A stretch of 64,000 nucleotides of DNA. Origin: Corallococcus coralloides (lineage in GTDB: Bacteria > Myxococcota > Myxococcia > Myxococcales > Myxococcaceae). Shown here one piece after another: positions 9,655-19,159 of the stretch. Position 1 is the first letter of the stretch, and every line of letters begins with the position of its first letter. Under the pieces are notes generated by a model. That model searched no databases, was not told where the DNA came from, and was given only the letters and a program-made list of their open reading frames with translations. The position numbers and the translations under genes were made by a program. The stretch lies in assembly GCF_004104415.1 (NCBI RefSeq), contig NZ_CP034669.1. One strand, given 5' to 3'.

Positions 9655-10183
9655 ATGCGGGAGTTCCTCCTCGAATCCCGCGAGCACGTGCAGAGCATCG
9701 AGGCGACGGGGCTGGAGCCCGCGGTGGACCACTCCGCGCTGCTTGCGCGCATGGCGGGCGCGGCGGCGGGCTCCGCGCCGCAGGAGGTGTCCGAGCCCCT
9801 GACGCCTCCGGGCGCCCTGCCCTGGCGCGGTGCCGCGACCGGGGCTGACGCCCGAGCTGCGCCAGCGCTACTTCCACCAGGAGCGCGACAGGTGGCGGCT
9901 GAGCGAACAGGTGCGCAAGCCGGTGGAGTTCCGGCCGCTCAACCTGATGGACGACGTCCCTCGGGAAGCGCCCGTGGACCTCGTCTTCCTGCGCAACGTG
10001 ATGATCTACTGGGACGCGCCCACCCGGCGCGCGGTGCTCGCCCGCGTGCGGCGGATGCTCCACGCGGACGGCTACCTGGTGCTGGGCGCCGCGGAGGCCT
10101 CGCCCCTGGTGGAGGACGGCTTCACGCGGCACCTGATTGGACAGACGAGCTGGTACCGCCCCACGCCCGCCGCTACACCTTGA
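9655..10183 (+). pseudogene. chemosensory gene remnant: Hpt-like N-terminal fragment lacking the His, joined out of frame to the C-terminal ~115 aa of a CheR methyltransferase
   Basis: Frame 1 reads DDVMREFLLESREHVQSIEATGLE...ALLARMAGAAAGSA, resembling the CheA P1 opening (DDLLQDFLIESRELL...HTIKGSSAS) but with no His. After a frame change near 9800, frame 2 reads LTPELRQRYF...VDLVFLRNVMIYWD...LHADGYLVLGAAE, which aligns with CheR residues ~176-288. The SAM-binding N-terminal two-thirds of CheR is absent. Confidence 0.5.
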
Positions 10184-11093
10184 GGCGGATGGCGCCCGGC
10201 AACAGCGTCATGGTGCAGGGCAGCCGGCCCGGCGTCTCGCCGTCCACGTCCAGGAACACGTCGCCCGTCAGCGGCTCCGCGTGGATCGTGCGGCAGCGCA
10301 GCCGCCGCGTGCCCTTCCAGGTGACGTGGTCGCCGTTGTAGACGCCCTTGGACTTGAGGACGAAGTCGGACAGGCCGTAGTTGGACCAGATGGTGACGTC
10401 GAAGAGGCCGTCGTGCGTCACCGCCTCCGGCGCCACGAACATGCCGCTGCCGAAGTAGCGGCCGTTGGCCACGGCCACCGCGGTGACGCTCACCACCTCC
10501 GGCTCGCCGCCGTCCACCGTGAGGCGCACCTGCTGCTCCTGGTACTTGATGAGGCCCTTCACGGTGCCCCACATGAAGCTCAGGTTGCCGCCCAGCGCCT
10601 TGCTGCCCTGGTTCACCTCGCGGGCCACCACCGCGCTCACGCCGAACGAGGCGATGTTGGCGAAGAAGCGCGTGGCCGGCTTGCCGTCGTTGCCGGTGAA
10701 CTCCAGCCGCCCCACGTCGAAGGGCTCGGTCTTCTCCGTGCGCAGCCGCTCCAGCGCGGACGTCAGCTCCAGGTCCCACCCGAAGGTGCGGCGGAAGTCG
10801 CCGCCCGTGCCTCGGGGCAGCAGGCCCAGCGTCGCCTGGGGGTTGATGACCTGTCCGTCGCGGAAGAAGCCGTTGGTGACCTCGTTGAGGGTGCCGTCGC
10901 CGCCCACCGCGACGATGCACTCGTAACCGTCGTCAATGGCCTGCCGCGCCAGACGCGCCGCATCCATGCCGCCGCTGGTGAAGCCGGACCCGAAGTCACC
11001 GAGCACCTTGCCCACCTGCGCGGAGATCTCCACCCATCGCTTCCCCGTCTGCCCGTTGGCGCTGCGCGGGTTGACCACGAGGAACGTCTTCAT
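10173..11093 (-). CDS. diacylglycerol-kinase catalytic domain family lipid kinase (YegS/BmrU-like)
   Basis: MKTFLVVNPRSANGQ..., AVGGDGTLNEV and GLLPRGTGGDF motifs of DAGK_cat. Confidence 0.9.
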   Translation of the reverse strand: MKTFLVVNPRSANGQTGKRWVEISAQVGKVLGDFGSGFTSGGMDAARLARQAIDDGYECIVAVGGDGTLNEVTNGFFRDGQVINPQATLGLLPRGTGGDFRRTFGWDLELTSALERLRTEKTEPFDVGRLEFTGNDGKPATRFFANIASFGVSAVVAREVNQGSKALGGNLSFMWGTVKGLIKYQEQQVRLTVDGGEPEVVSVTAVAVANGRYFGSGMFVAPEAVTHDGLFDVTIWSNYGLSDFVLKSKGVYNGDHVTWKGTRRLRCRTIHAEPLTGDVFLDVDGETPGRLPCTMTLLPGAIRLKV

Positions 11094-11191
11094 TCAGTGC
11101 CTTCTCCCTGCTGCCAGAACGGCCTGTTTACGCAATTGTGAGCCAAGGCTCCACTCCGTGACCCACGGGAGGGCCTCATTGCCCGGGGTGT

Positions 11192-11929
11192 TTGTCACCC
11201 GGCCCCGTCCATGCTGGGCTCTCCGCCCCCTGTTTTCGCCCCGGCCCCCGAGTGAAAGCCCCGTCCCCCGCCGAGCAGCTCACTCCCCACCGGGAGGCCA
11301 CGCGCGCCCTGGACTGGGCGCTGCCCTCGCTCCGGGCGGACCTGGCGGCGGCGGCGCGGCAGCCCTTCCGGGAGACAGGGGCCCAGGAGGACTTCCTCCA
11401 CCGCCATGACGCACCGGCCCATGAAGCCTGGGGGCTGGCGCGGACGGAGCGCTTCGAGCGGGCCCTGGCCCGGGTGCGGCGGCTCGCGGACGCGGGCGAG
11501 CCGCTGACCTTCGCCCGGATGGTGGAGGTCCAGTCGGAGCTGCTGGGCGGGCCCACGGGCTTCCGCACCGGGGACGCCTTCGCGTGGGGTGGCGCGCACC
11601 GCTATGCGCACGCGCCCGGCCTGGAGGCGGCCTTCCGCGACAAGGTGGAAGCGGACGCGCGGGAAGCGCGTCACCCGGTGGCACATGCCACGCGGTTGTA
11701 CCTGGACCTGTGCTTCTTCCACCCCTTCCCGGACGGCAACGCCCGCGCGGCGCGGCTGTGGCTGGAGTACATGCTGCGCCGGGGCCGGCTGCCCACGCCG
11801 CCGCTGGCGCCCGTGGTGCTGTGGCCCAAGCGGCCGGGAGACGCGGTGAACTACACGCGGTTGGCAAGGCTGCTGGCCCGGACCCTCGCGGGGCCGGACG
11901 CCCCGTGCCGCAACGAGGTGCCTGAATGA
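11192..11929 (+). CDS. Fic/DOC family protein with non-canonical motif HPFPDGNARAAR
   Basis: FFHPFPDGNARAARLWLEYML matches HxFx(D/E)GNGRxxR with the second Gly replaced by Ala. The start is uncertain, as the track start lies in a low-complexity N-terminus. Confidence 0.85.
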   Translation: MSPGPVHAGLSAPCFRPGPRVKAPSPAEQLTPHREATRALDWALPSLRADLAAAARQPFRETGAQEDFLHRHDAPAHEAWGLARTERFERALARVRRLADAGEPLTFARMVEVQSELLGGPTGFRTGDAFAWGGAHRYAHAPGLEAAFRDKVEADAREARHPVAHATRLYLDLCFFHPFPDGNARAARLWLEYMLRRGRLPTPPLAPVVLWPKRPGDAVNYTRLARLLARTLAGPDAPCRNEVPE

Positions 11930-12591
11930 GCAGTGACGCATCGGCTTTCACGTGGCGCCGCATCCGCGACAGCCTGGATGCCTACTCACCGCAATCGCTG
12001 GCGTCCCGGCTGAGGGAGGCGCTGGCCCCCCTGCGGACCGGAAGCATCCACACCAGCCGGCTCAAGCAGGCGAAGAACGCCGTGAAGGGCCTGCTCCAGG
12101 CCGAGCTGGGTCCCTGGTACATCGAGAGCGGCCTGCCCCTGGGCAATGAAGTGCTGGGGGGCTATTGCTGGTGCCACTCGTTCTTCAACCAGAACCCGCC
12201 GCATCGGACCTTGGATGTGGATGAGAACATCCAGCTCATGCTGGACGCGCTGGAGCGGATCCGTTCGTTCCTGTACGCGCTGGACGGCGTGTATCAGGCC
12301 TCGCGCCGTCAGCTCGAATTGGCGGCTGACGACAAGGCGCTCCGGGCGAAGGCGCTCGCGGAGGGGCTGGTGCGGACCGTGGACCTGACGGCGGAGACGA
12401 CGTCCTGCGAGGAGACCTGGTACCAGGTCGCGCAGGACGCCATGACGTGGTGCATCGAGGCGATGGGGCTGCCCTTGTCTGAGGCCACGCAGGAGCAGTT
12501 GGACACGGCCTTCGTCTTCACGTCCTGGATCGCGCCTCCCCCGGAGGCGCTCCGTGAGGCGGCGGCGCGGGTGGCGGTGGTGGCCGTATGA
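11926..12591 (+). CDS. hypothetical protein, Fic-associated paralog 1
   Basis: ATGA overlap with the Fic stop. It is paralogous to the next gene (WRRIRDSLDAYSPQSLASRLREALAP...LGPWYIESGLPLGNEVLGGY versus WLLIRDSLEGYDPEKLIRMLREYLAP...LGPWYTETGLSLGNESFGGY). Confidence 0.7.
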   Translation: MSSDASAFTWRRIRDSLDAYSPQSLASRLREALAPLRTGSIHTSRLKQAKNAVKGLLQAELGPWYIESGLPLGNEVLGGYCWCHSFFNQNPPHRTLDVDENIQLMLDALERIRSFLYALDGVYQASRRQLELAADDKALRAKALAEGLVRTVDLTAETTSCEETWYQVAQDAMTWCIEAMGLPLSEATQEQLDTAFVFTSWIAPPPEALREAAARVAVVAV

Positions 12592-13067
12592 GCCAGCCGG
12601 CCCTGGGGCACTGGCTGCTCATCCGCGACAGCCTGGAGGGGTATGACCCGGAGAAGCTCATCCGGATGCTGCGCGAATACCTGGCGCCGCGCGTGCCCCC
12701 GGGGACGCGCAAGCTCACGGACGAGCAGCACGACACGATGGCGAAACACCTCCAGCGGATGCTCCACCAGAACCTGGGGCCCTGGTACACGGAGACGGGG
12801 CTGTCTCTGGGCAATGAGAGCTTCGGCGGCTACTTCACCATGGACGCCACGGGCTGCGAGGAGGCCTGGTACACCTTCGCGGACGAGGCGCTGTCGTGGA
12901 TGTTCGACGCCATCGAGCTGCGCCCGGGCTATCAGGCCGGGAAGCTGATGCGGAAGCTGTTCGCCTTCGAGTCCTGGCACTCGCCTTCCGAGTGGGAGCT
13001 TCGCGCTTCATCGGAGAAGGTGGCGGCGGCCGTCGTGGAGGACGAGGGCCGCCGGCACACGCACTGA
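12588..13067 (+). CDS. hypothetical protein, Fic-associated paralog 2
   Basis: ATGA overlap with paralog 1. It is a shorter paralog of the upstream gene with the same conserved blocks. Confidence 0.7.
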   Translation: MSQPALGHWLLIRDSLEGYDPEKLIRMLREYLAPRVPPGTRKLTDEQHDTMAKHLQRMLHQNLGPWYTETGLSLGNESFGGYFTMDATGCEEAWYTFADEALSWMFDAIELRPGYQAGKLMRKLFAFESWHSPSEWELRASSEKVAAAVVEDEGRRHTH

Positions 13068-13079
13068 CGCACGCCCGTC

Positions 13080-13748
13080 TCAGTGGATGGGCTTCCCGCG
13101 CGTCATCCGACGGGCCTGCTCGCGCGAGCCTCCCTTCACCTCGATGCGCTTGCCCTGGGGCAGCTCCTCCGGGAGCTTCAGGGAGACCTCCAGGACGCCG
13201 TTCTCGAAGTGCGCCTGGACCGACTCCGTGTCGATGCCTTCCGGCAGCGGCACGGCGCGGCGGAACAGCCCGGTGCTGCGCTCCAGGCTCCAGATGCCTT
13301 CGGCCTCCTCCTCCTCTTCCAGCTCGAAGGAGCGCTCGCCTTCGATGATGAGCAGGTCCGGCTGCAGCTCGACGTAGATGTCCTCCTGCTTCATTCCCGG
13401 CAGGTCGGCCTTCACGATGAGGTTTCCGTTCCGCTCCAGCACGTCCACCTGTGGTGACCAGAAGCCCTCGTCCAGCACGCCGCTCCGGGCGGCAATGCCC
13501 CGGCCTCCGAAGCCGGTGACGAGTTGGTCCATGTCCTCCATCATCCGGCGCAGCAACCCGAACGGGCTCACGGGCGCGGCTTCCCTCCCGATGGCGGGGG
13601 CCTGGGACTCACGGCGGCTGATGCCAGCGCCCGTCCTGGGCTCCTGCCCCTGCGAGGTGGCGCCCGGCGCACCGGCCTGGGCGTTCTTCACGGCGGGCGA
13701 GGAGGAGGGCCCCCCCTGCGCGCCTGCGTTCCTGTTGTCGGTTGCCAT
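13080..13748 (-). CDS. Hsp20/alpha-crystallin small heat-shock protein with low-complexity N-terminal extension
   Basis: Alpha-crystallin domain WSPQVDVLERNGNLIVKADLPGMKQEDIYVEL...GVLEVSLKLPE. The start was taken at the internal Met (MATDNRNAG), and the track ORF extends to 13808. Confidence 0.85.
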   Translation of the reverse strand: MATDNRNAGAQGGPSSSPAVKNAQAGAPGATSQGQEPRTGAGISRRESQAPAIGREAAPVSPFGLLRRMMEDMDQLVTGFGGRGIAARSGVLDEGFWSPQVDVLERNGNLIVKADLPGMKQEDIYVELQPDLLIIEGERSFELEEEEEAEGIWSLERSTGLFRRAVPLPEGIDTESVQAHFENGVLEVSLKLPEELPQGKRIEVKGGSREQARRMTRGKPIH

Positions 13749-13902
13749 GACGTCCTCCCCCGGTGGAGCCGGCTGGCGCCCGGCCGCCGGACCGCACCGG
13801 TCACTCAAGCGGGGATGGGATCATCCCAACCCCAAACCTGGAGGCGCGCGGCGGGGCCATCAAGGGGCCCGGCCCCGCGGTCTGGCATTCACGGGCGCCC
13901 CG

Positions 13903-14790
13903 CTACGCGAGCAGCGTGGCGTCCATCACGGTGAGGGCCACCCCGCCGACGCGCGCGCGTTCGATGTGGCCTGGCCGGCCGGTGACCTGGATGTCGATTC
14001 GGCCCGGCTTGCCGAGCGTGTCGCCCTGTTCGATGCGGCTCGACACCGTGCCGCCGTGCTCCGGCAGGCGAAGGCTCCCGTGCTCGGCGAGCCAGGCCGC
14101 GAGCGGTCCCGCGGCGGAGCCCGTCACGGGGTCCTCCAGGATGCCGAAGCCCGGGACGAAGTAGCGCGCCTGGGCCACGCTCCCCTCCTCTTTCGCTTCG
14201 CGGGTGAAGAGGTAGACGCCGCGCAAGCCGTGCGGCATCAGCAGCGCGTTCATCGCCGCGCCTCGCGGCGTCAGGGCCTCCAGGTCCGCGAGCCGCCGGA
14301 GGGGCACCACCAGCCGGTGGCCCTGGCGGATCACCGGCAGCGACGATTCCACCTGCGACGCGGTCCCGCCCAGCGTGGCCATCAGTGCGTCCAGGGCCAC
14401 GGGGTTGGGCTGCGCGGGCGGCGGGGGCGTGGTGATCCACACCCGAGTCCCTCGCGTGCCCTGGGGCTCCAGCTCGATGCTGAACGTGCCACCGGGGCAC
14501 TCCAGCGTGTACGTCCCCGGGCTGCGCAGGAGCCCCTTCTCCGCGAGCAGGTGGAAGGTGGCCACCGTGGCATGGCCGCAGAAGGGAATCTCGTCCACGG
14601 GCGTGAAGTAGCGCAGGCGCACGGTGGCGTCGCCGGGCCGGGACAGCAGGAACGCGGTCTCTGACGCGCTGACGGCCGCGGCGGTCCGCTGCATCGTGGG
14701 GACCTCCAGCGCCGCAGCGTCGAGCACCACGCCCGCGCGGTTTCCTGCACCGGCGGTGCGGGTGAAGGCATCGATGATGTGAACCTGCAT
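13903..14790 (-). CDS. PhzF-family isomerase/epimerase
   Basis: MQVHIIDAFT...GNRAGVVLD...FCGHATVATFHLL and the duplicated DAP-epimerase-like fold. Confidence 0.9.
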   Translation of the reverse strand: MQVHIIDAFTRTAGAGNRAGVVLDAAALEVPTMQRTAAAVSASETAFLLSRPGDATVRLRYFTPVDEIPFCGHATVATFHLLAEKGLLRSPGTYTLECPGGTFSIELEPQGTRGTRVWITTPPPPAQPNPVALDALMATLGGTASQVESSLPVIRQGHRLVVPLRRLADLEALTPRGAAMNALLMPHGLRGVYLFTREAKEEGSVAQARYFVPGFGILEDPVTGSAAGPLAAWLAEHGSLRLPEHGGTVSSRIEQGDTLGKPGRIDIQVTGRPGHIERARVGGVALTVMDATLLA

Positions 14791-14932
14791 GGGCGGACTC
14801 CGGACAGGGCAAGGGCCAGGGGAACGTCGCAGGCATGCTCCGAGCCACCGCTGGCGTCAAGCGCTGGACCGACGCACCGGGGCCCCCACAACAAGGTTGA
14901 ACGAGAGCGCGCGAGCAGGCACAGCAAGAAGC

Positions 14933-15709
14933 ATGAATCTCCTGAAGTCGGGTGGGTGGGTGGTGCTGGTGGCGTTGCTCCACGCGAGCGGCGCGGCGGC
15001 GCAGATCGTCAACGTGCAGGCGCTCTTCGACGAGAAGGCGGAGCCGGGGCCAGCCGCGGCCATCGAGCTCGGAGGCGACTGGCGCACGGGCAGCACGGAG
15101 CTGTTCGCCATCCGGGGCTCGCTGGTGGGCCAGCTGCGCTCCGAGCGAGACGTCTGGCTGGGCGTCATCCGGGGTGAATATTCGTTCGCCAGCGGCGAGC
15201 GCATCGTCAGCCAGGTGCTGGAGCACGTGCGCTACCGGCGAAAGTTCACGGACACGGTGTCGGGCGAGGTCTTCGCGCAGCACGAATACAACGAGTTCCG
15301 CCGGCTCCAGCTCCGGGCCCTGCTGGGCGCGGGTCCGCGCTTCATCCTGCTCAACGAGGCCAGATTGGGGTTCACCTTCGGGGTGGCGCTGATGCTGGAG
15401 CACGAGCGGCTGCGCAAGGACGGCGAGCCGGACGCGGGAGACCGCTACACCGACCCGCGAGTCTCCAGCTATCTGCTGGGCCGGGTGAAGCTGATGGAGA
15501 ACATCGACCTCGTGGAGACGGTCTACTTCCAGCCGCGAGTCACCCGTCCCTCCGACCTGCGCGTGCTGAACGAGACGATCTTCGCGGTGACGCCCAATCC
15601 CCGCGTCACGGTGGGCATCGGATTCAACCTCACCTACGACAGCGCACCGCCCGCGACAGTGCCGCCCCTGGACACGCAGCTGCGCACCACGGTGGGCGTG
15701 AAATTTTGA
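14933..15709 (+). CDS. DUF481-like outer-membrane beta-barrel protein
   Basis: Signal peptide MNLLKSGGWVVLVALLHASGAAAQ, alternating amphipathic strands and a C-terminal Phe (…TVGVKF), typical of OM barrels. Internal Met chosen at codon 48 of the track ORF. Confidence 0.75.
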   Translation: MNLLKSGGWVVLVALLHASGAAAQIVNVQALFDEKAEPGPAAAIELGGDWRTGSTELFAIRGSLVGQLRSERDVWLGVIRGEYSFASGERIVSQVLEHVRYRRKFTDTVSGEVFAQHEYNEFRRLQLRALLGAGPRFILLNEARLGFTFGVALMLEHERLRKDGEPDAGDRYTDPRVSSYLLGRVKLMENIDLVETVYFQPRVTRPSDLRVLNETIFAVTPNPRVTVGIGFNLTYDSAPPATVPPLDTQLRTTVGVKF

Positions 15710-15830
15710 GTGGGTGGCCAGGAGTGCGTTGACGAATCCGGCGCGGAAACAAGGCTCGGGGGGACGCGGCTTCGCCAGCGTCAACGACTCATCCACGGCT
15801 ACCGCGCACCCCCGGGACGCATGCGCCGGA

Positions 15831-15857
15831 AACCTGTCCGACTGTCGGACAGGTTTT
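15831..15857 (+). terminator. rho-independent terminator-like hairpin after the DUF481 gene
   Basis: aaCCTGTCCGAcTGTCGGACAGGtttt: perfect 10-11 bp inverted repeat followed by a T4 run, 120 nt downstream of the stop. Confidence 0.55.
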
Positions 15858-16033
15858 GAGGGAACCGCCCCCGGACAGGCGCCTCGGATCGAGGGTCCGC
15901 GTTGCCGTCCGCTGCTTCATCCCGTCGAGCTTCGTTGCTGCGTCCAGCCAAGGCGCGTGCTGTCGCGGAGAACACCGGGTCACGGACTCTGTTGAGAACT
16001 CCTGGCGGCCCTGCTTGAGGGTAGGCTTCAGCG

Positions 16034-16885
16034 ATGGCTTCCCATTCCATCCCCGCCCCCGTCGTCCTCCTGGGCGGTAGCAAGATCGCAGAAGCCCTCA
16101 TCCAGGGACTGTTGCGGTCCGGCCACGTGCGTCCGTCGGACCTTCGAGTCACGGTGCGCCGGCCCGAACGCGGAGAGGAGCTGCGCTCCCGGCACGGCGT
16201 GCACGTCCTCATGGACAACGCGCAGGCGGTGCGGGGCGCGGGGGTGATCCTGCTCGCGGTGCGGCAGGCGCAGCTGCGGGAGCTGATGTCGGTCATCTCC
16301 CCTGCCCTGGAACAGGGGCAGACCGTGGTGTCGCTGTCCGCGGACGTGCGCCTCGCGCAGCTGGAAGCGGCGCTGCCCTCCTGCGTCTCCGTCATCCGCG
16401 CCCTGCCCCATACGCCCGTGCGCGTGGGAGCGGGCGTGACGCCCCTGACGGCCGGGACCCGGGCAACGGAGACCTCAAGGCTGGCCACCGAGTCCGTCTT
16501 CGCGGCGACGGGACGGCCCATGTGGATGACCGAGGAGGCGCTCACGGTCTGCACGGGGGTGTGCGGCACGGGCCCCGCGTATGTCTTCCGCTTCGTGGAG
16601 ACCCTGGCCCAGGCCGCGATGGCGCACGGGATGGACGCGACGGAAGCGGAGGCGCTCGCCAGGGAAACGCTCATTGGCGCGGCGAAGCTGCTGGCCGAAC
16701 CCGGCGCCACCACCCCTCGCCTCATCACGGAGATCGCGACCCCGGGAGGCATCACCGAGGCAGGGCTGAAGGCGATGGACGCCCACGGTCTGCCTCGCGT
16801 CGTGGGCGAAGCAGTCTCCGTCGCCATCCAGCGCACCCGCGAGCGCGCGGACGCGAACGCCGCGGCCTACAGCACGCCGAAGTGA
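16034..16885 (+). CDS. proC: pyrroline-5-carboxylate reductase
   Basis: N-terminal Rossmann region VVLLGGSKIAEALIQGL and the P5CR dimerisation domain with GVCGTGPAYVF...TPGGITEAGL. Confidence 0.92.
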   Translation: MASHSIPAPVVLLGGSKIAEALIQGLLRSGHVRPSDLRVTVRRPERGEELRSRHGVHVLMDNAQAVRGAGVILLAVRQAQLRELMSVISPALEQGQTVVSLSADVRLAQLEAALPSCVSVIRALPHTPVRVGAGVTPLTAGTRATETSRLATESVFAATGRPMWMTEEALTVCTGVCGTGPAYVFRFVETLAQAAMAHGMDATEAEALARETLIGAAKLLAEPGATTPRLITEIATPGGITEAGLKAMDAHGLPRVVGEAVSVAIQRTRERADANAAAYSTPK

Positions 16886-17550
16886 CGCTTGAGCCCCCGC
16901 TGGCCTCCCGGAGTGACGATGAGGCCGCGTGAGTCGGGCTGACGCTCCACCCATCCCAATGCGAACACCCGGGCCGCGAGCGCCGCGCCCAGCGCCCCCG
17001 CGAGGTGATCGCGCCGCTCACTCCAGTCCAGGCACCGGTGGGCGAAGTGGCGCCGCTGTTCGCGCACGGGCGCCAGGTCGATGCCGAAGTCCTGGAACCA
17101 CGCCTCGCCGCTCGGGGTGAGCGCGAACGCGCGCTTGCGAAGGGACAGGTGCCCGGCCCGCAGGAGCGCATCGGTGATGCCCATGCCCAGTCTGCCCGCC
17201 AGATGGTCGTAGCAGTAGCGCGCGGCCCTCAGGGGCTCCGGAGTCGCTGACACACGGGGGCCCCGGACCGCCACGGTCATCAGCGCCTCCACCATCCGCG
17301 CCACGGTGGGCGTGGCGAGCCGGAACACCTTGTTGCGCCCCTGACGGGTGGCGCGGACCAGCCGGGCCTGCTCCAACCGCTGGAGGTGCGCGGTCGCCGT
17401 CGCGGGGCTGACGCCCGTACCGAACGCGAGCTCCTTCGCGACGAGCGCCCGGCCCTCCATGAGCAACTCCAGCATCCGGATCCGCGTGGCATCCCCCACG
17501 GCCGTGGCCAGCGTCGCGAGGTCCGGCCCTGCATTCATCGTTCGGTCCAT
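16867..17550 (-). CDS. ArsR/SmtB-family winged-helix regulator with C-terminal extension
   Basis: IRMLELLMEGRALVAKELAFGTGVSPATATAHLQRLEQARLVRATRQGRNKVFRL is an ArsR-type HTH. Start taken at Met codon 88 of the track ORF. Its 3' end overlaps proC convergently by 19 nt. Confidence 0.8.
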   Translation of the reverse strand: MDRTMNAGPDLATLATAVGDATRIRMLELLMEGRALVAKELAFGTGVSPATATAHLQRLEQARLVRATRQGRNKVFRLATPTVARMVEALMTVAVRGPRVSATPEPLRAARYCYDHLAGRLGMGITDALLRAGHLSLRKRAFALTPSGEAWFQDFGIDLAPVREQRRHFAHRCLDWSERRDHLAGALGAALAARVFALGWVERQPDSRGLIVTPGGQRGLKRHFGVL

Positions 17551-17613
17551 GACGAACCATTTCCTAGCACACGGACACGGCAACGGCGGCAGAGTGCCCG
17601 GCCACGAGGACCG

Positions 17614-18735
17614 ATGACACCGCCGACCGACCCGTATCAAGCCGTCACCCACCCCGACCCCTACCCCTACTACTCGGAGCTTCGAGCCCGGGGCGGCCTG
17701 CATCGCGTCCCCGGCTTCGGGCCATGGATCGCGGCGGATGCTGCCACCGTCGGCGCGGTGCTCACCAGCGAGCACTGCCGGGTCCGGCCACGGTCGGAGC
17801 CGGTGCCTCCGCATCTGGTGGGCACCGCCGCTGGGGCCCTCTTTGGACGGCTGGTGCGGATGAACGATGGAGGCCCCTACCCCGCCGTGAAGCAGACACT
17901 TTCAAGTGCGCTGCCGTTGGCGCTGCGTGAAGTCGAAGCGGAGAGCCGCCGCTGGGCGGCACGGTTGCTCTCAACGCCCTCGCTGTCACGGCTGCCGGAC
18001 GCCGCCCTCCAGCTTCCCGTGTTCGTGCTGGGGTCGCTGCTGGGCTTCCCAGAATACACGCTGGAGGCGAGCGTGCGGGACGTGGAGGCCTATGTCCGCT
18101 CGGTCGCCGGGCCCCCTGCTGGCAGCGAGGGTGCGGCGAGGCTGAACGAACGCGTGGCGGCCTGTTTCCAGTCCACGTCGAGGACCGCGTTTACGGCCCG
18201 GATGATGGAAGGCTACGGCCCAGAGGACCTGCGCATTCCCAACGCCGTGGGCCTGCTCACCCAGGCGTATGAAGCGACGGCCGGTCTGCTGGGCGCGACG
18301 CTGCGGGCCTTCGCTCGCATGCCCGAGCTGCGTGAACAGCTCTCACGGGGCACCTGCACGATGGACGACGTGGTCCAGGAAGCAGCTCGTCACGATTCGC
18401 CGGTCCAGAACACACGGCGCTTCACCCATGCCGCCGCGGTCGTCGCAGGCCAGGCGCTGGAAGCCGGTGAGACCGTGGTCGTCGTGCTCGCCGCCGCGAA
18501 TCGGGATCCACTCGAGAATCCCCAGCCCGATGCCTTCCTTCCACGGCGCGCGGGGCGCAAGAGCTTCACCTTCGGCCTGGGCTCGCATGCCTGTCCTGGG
18601 CCTTTGCTCGCGATGACGATGGCCACGGCGGCGGCGGAGCGAGTGCTCGCGAATGGCCTGGACCTGTCGCCGCTGGCGGGCACCGTCACCTGGCGTGCCT
18701 CCACCAACACCCGCGTCCTGGGAGGACTGGAATGA
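17614..18735 (+). CDS. cytochrome P450
   Basis: Heme-binding loop FGLGSHACPG and an I-helix-like AGLLGATLRA. ATG at 17614 lies in the frame of track ORF 17386..18735. Confidence 0.92.
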   Translation: MTPPTDPYQAVTHPDPYPYYSELRARGGLHRVPGFGPWIAADAATVGAVLTSEHCRVRPRSEPVPPHLVGTAAGALFGRLVRMNDGGPYPAVKQTLSSALPLALREVEAESRRWAARLLSTPSLSRLPDAALQLPVFVLGSLLGFPEYTLEASVRDVEAYVRSVAGPPAGSEGAARLNERVAACFQSTSRTAFTARMMEGYGPEDLRIPNAVGLLTQAYEATAGLLGATLRAFARMPELREQLSRGTCTMDDVVQEAARHDSPVQNTRRFTHAAAVVAGQALEAGETVVVVLAAANRDPLENPQPDAFLPRRAGRKSFTFGLGSHACPGPLLAMTMATAAAERVLANGLDLSPLAGTVTWRASTNTRVLGGLE

Positions 18736-19076
18736 TTGCTGTCATCTTCGAGGTCCGGGCACACGAGTCGCATCGGCAGCGGTACCTGGACCTCGCCGCG
18801 GAGCTGCGGCCCCTGCTGGCGGACATCGACGGCTTCATCTCCATCGAGCGGTTCCAGAGCCTCAGCGAGCCGGGGAAGCTGCTGTCCCTGTCCTACTGGC
18901 GAGACGAGGCAGCGGTGGCGGAATGGCGGCGACTGGAGGCCCACCGTGAAGCCCAGCGCGAAGGCCGGGGAGGCGTGTTCAGCGACTACCGTCTGCGGGT
19001 GGCGCACGTCGTGAGGGACTACGGCTTGACGGACCGGGCGGCCGTGCCCGCTGACAGTCGCACCGTGCACGGCTGA
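18732..19076 (+). CDS. antibiotic-biosynthesis-monooxygenase (ABM) domain protein
   Basis: ABM/Dabb ferredoxin-like fold (IAVIFEVRAHESHRQRYLDL...SLSYWRDEAAVAEWRRLEAHREAQ) and a 4-nt overlap with the P450 stop. Confidence 0.85.
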   Translation: MIAVIFEVRAHESHRQRYLDLAAELRPLLADIDGFISIERFQSLSEPGKLLSLSYWRDEAAVAEWRRLEAHREAQREGRGGVFSDYRLRVAHVVRDYGLTDRAAVPADSRTVHG

Positions 19077-19159
19077 AGCGGCCGGCGCACGGCGGCTGTC
19101 TCCCCGCCCGTCCCTCCCATGCGGGCCATGACTCCCCCAGCTTCTGTAGGGGGTGAACG

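Noticed and set aside
9800-10341. Continuation of track ORF 9487..10341 beyond ~9800.
   Set aside because: After the Hpt-like segment the frame-1 translation is Ala/Arg/Pro/Gly filler. The CheR-like sequence is in frame 2.
15799-16836. 345 aa minus-strand ORF covering proC.
   Set aside because: It is antisense to a strongly supported proC and has low-complexity composition.
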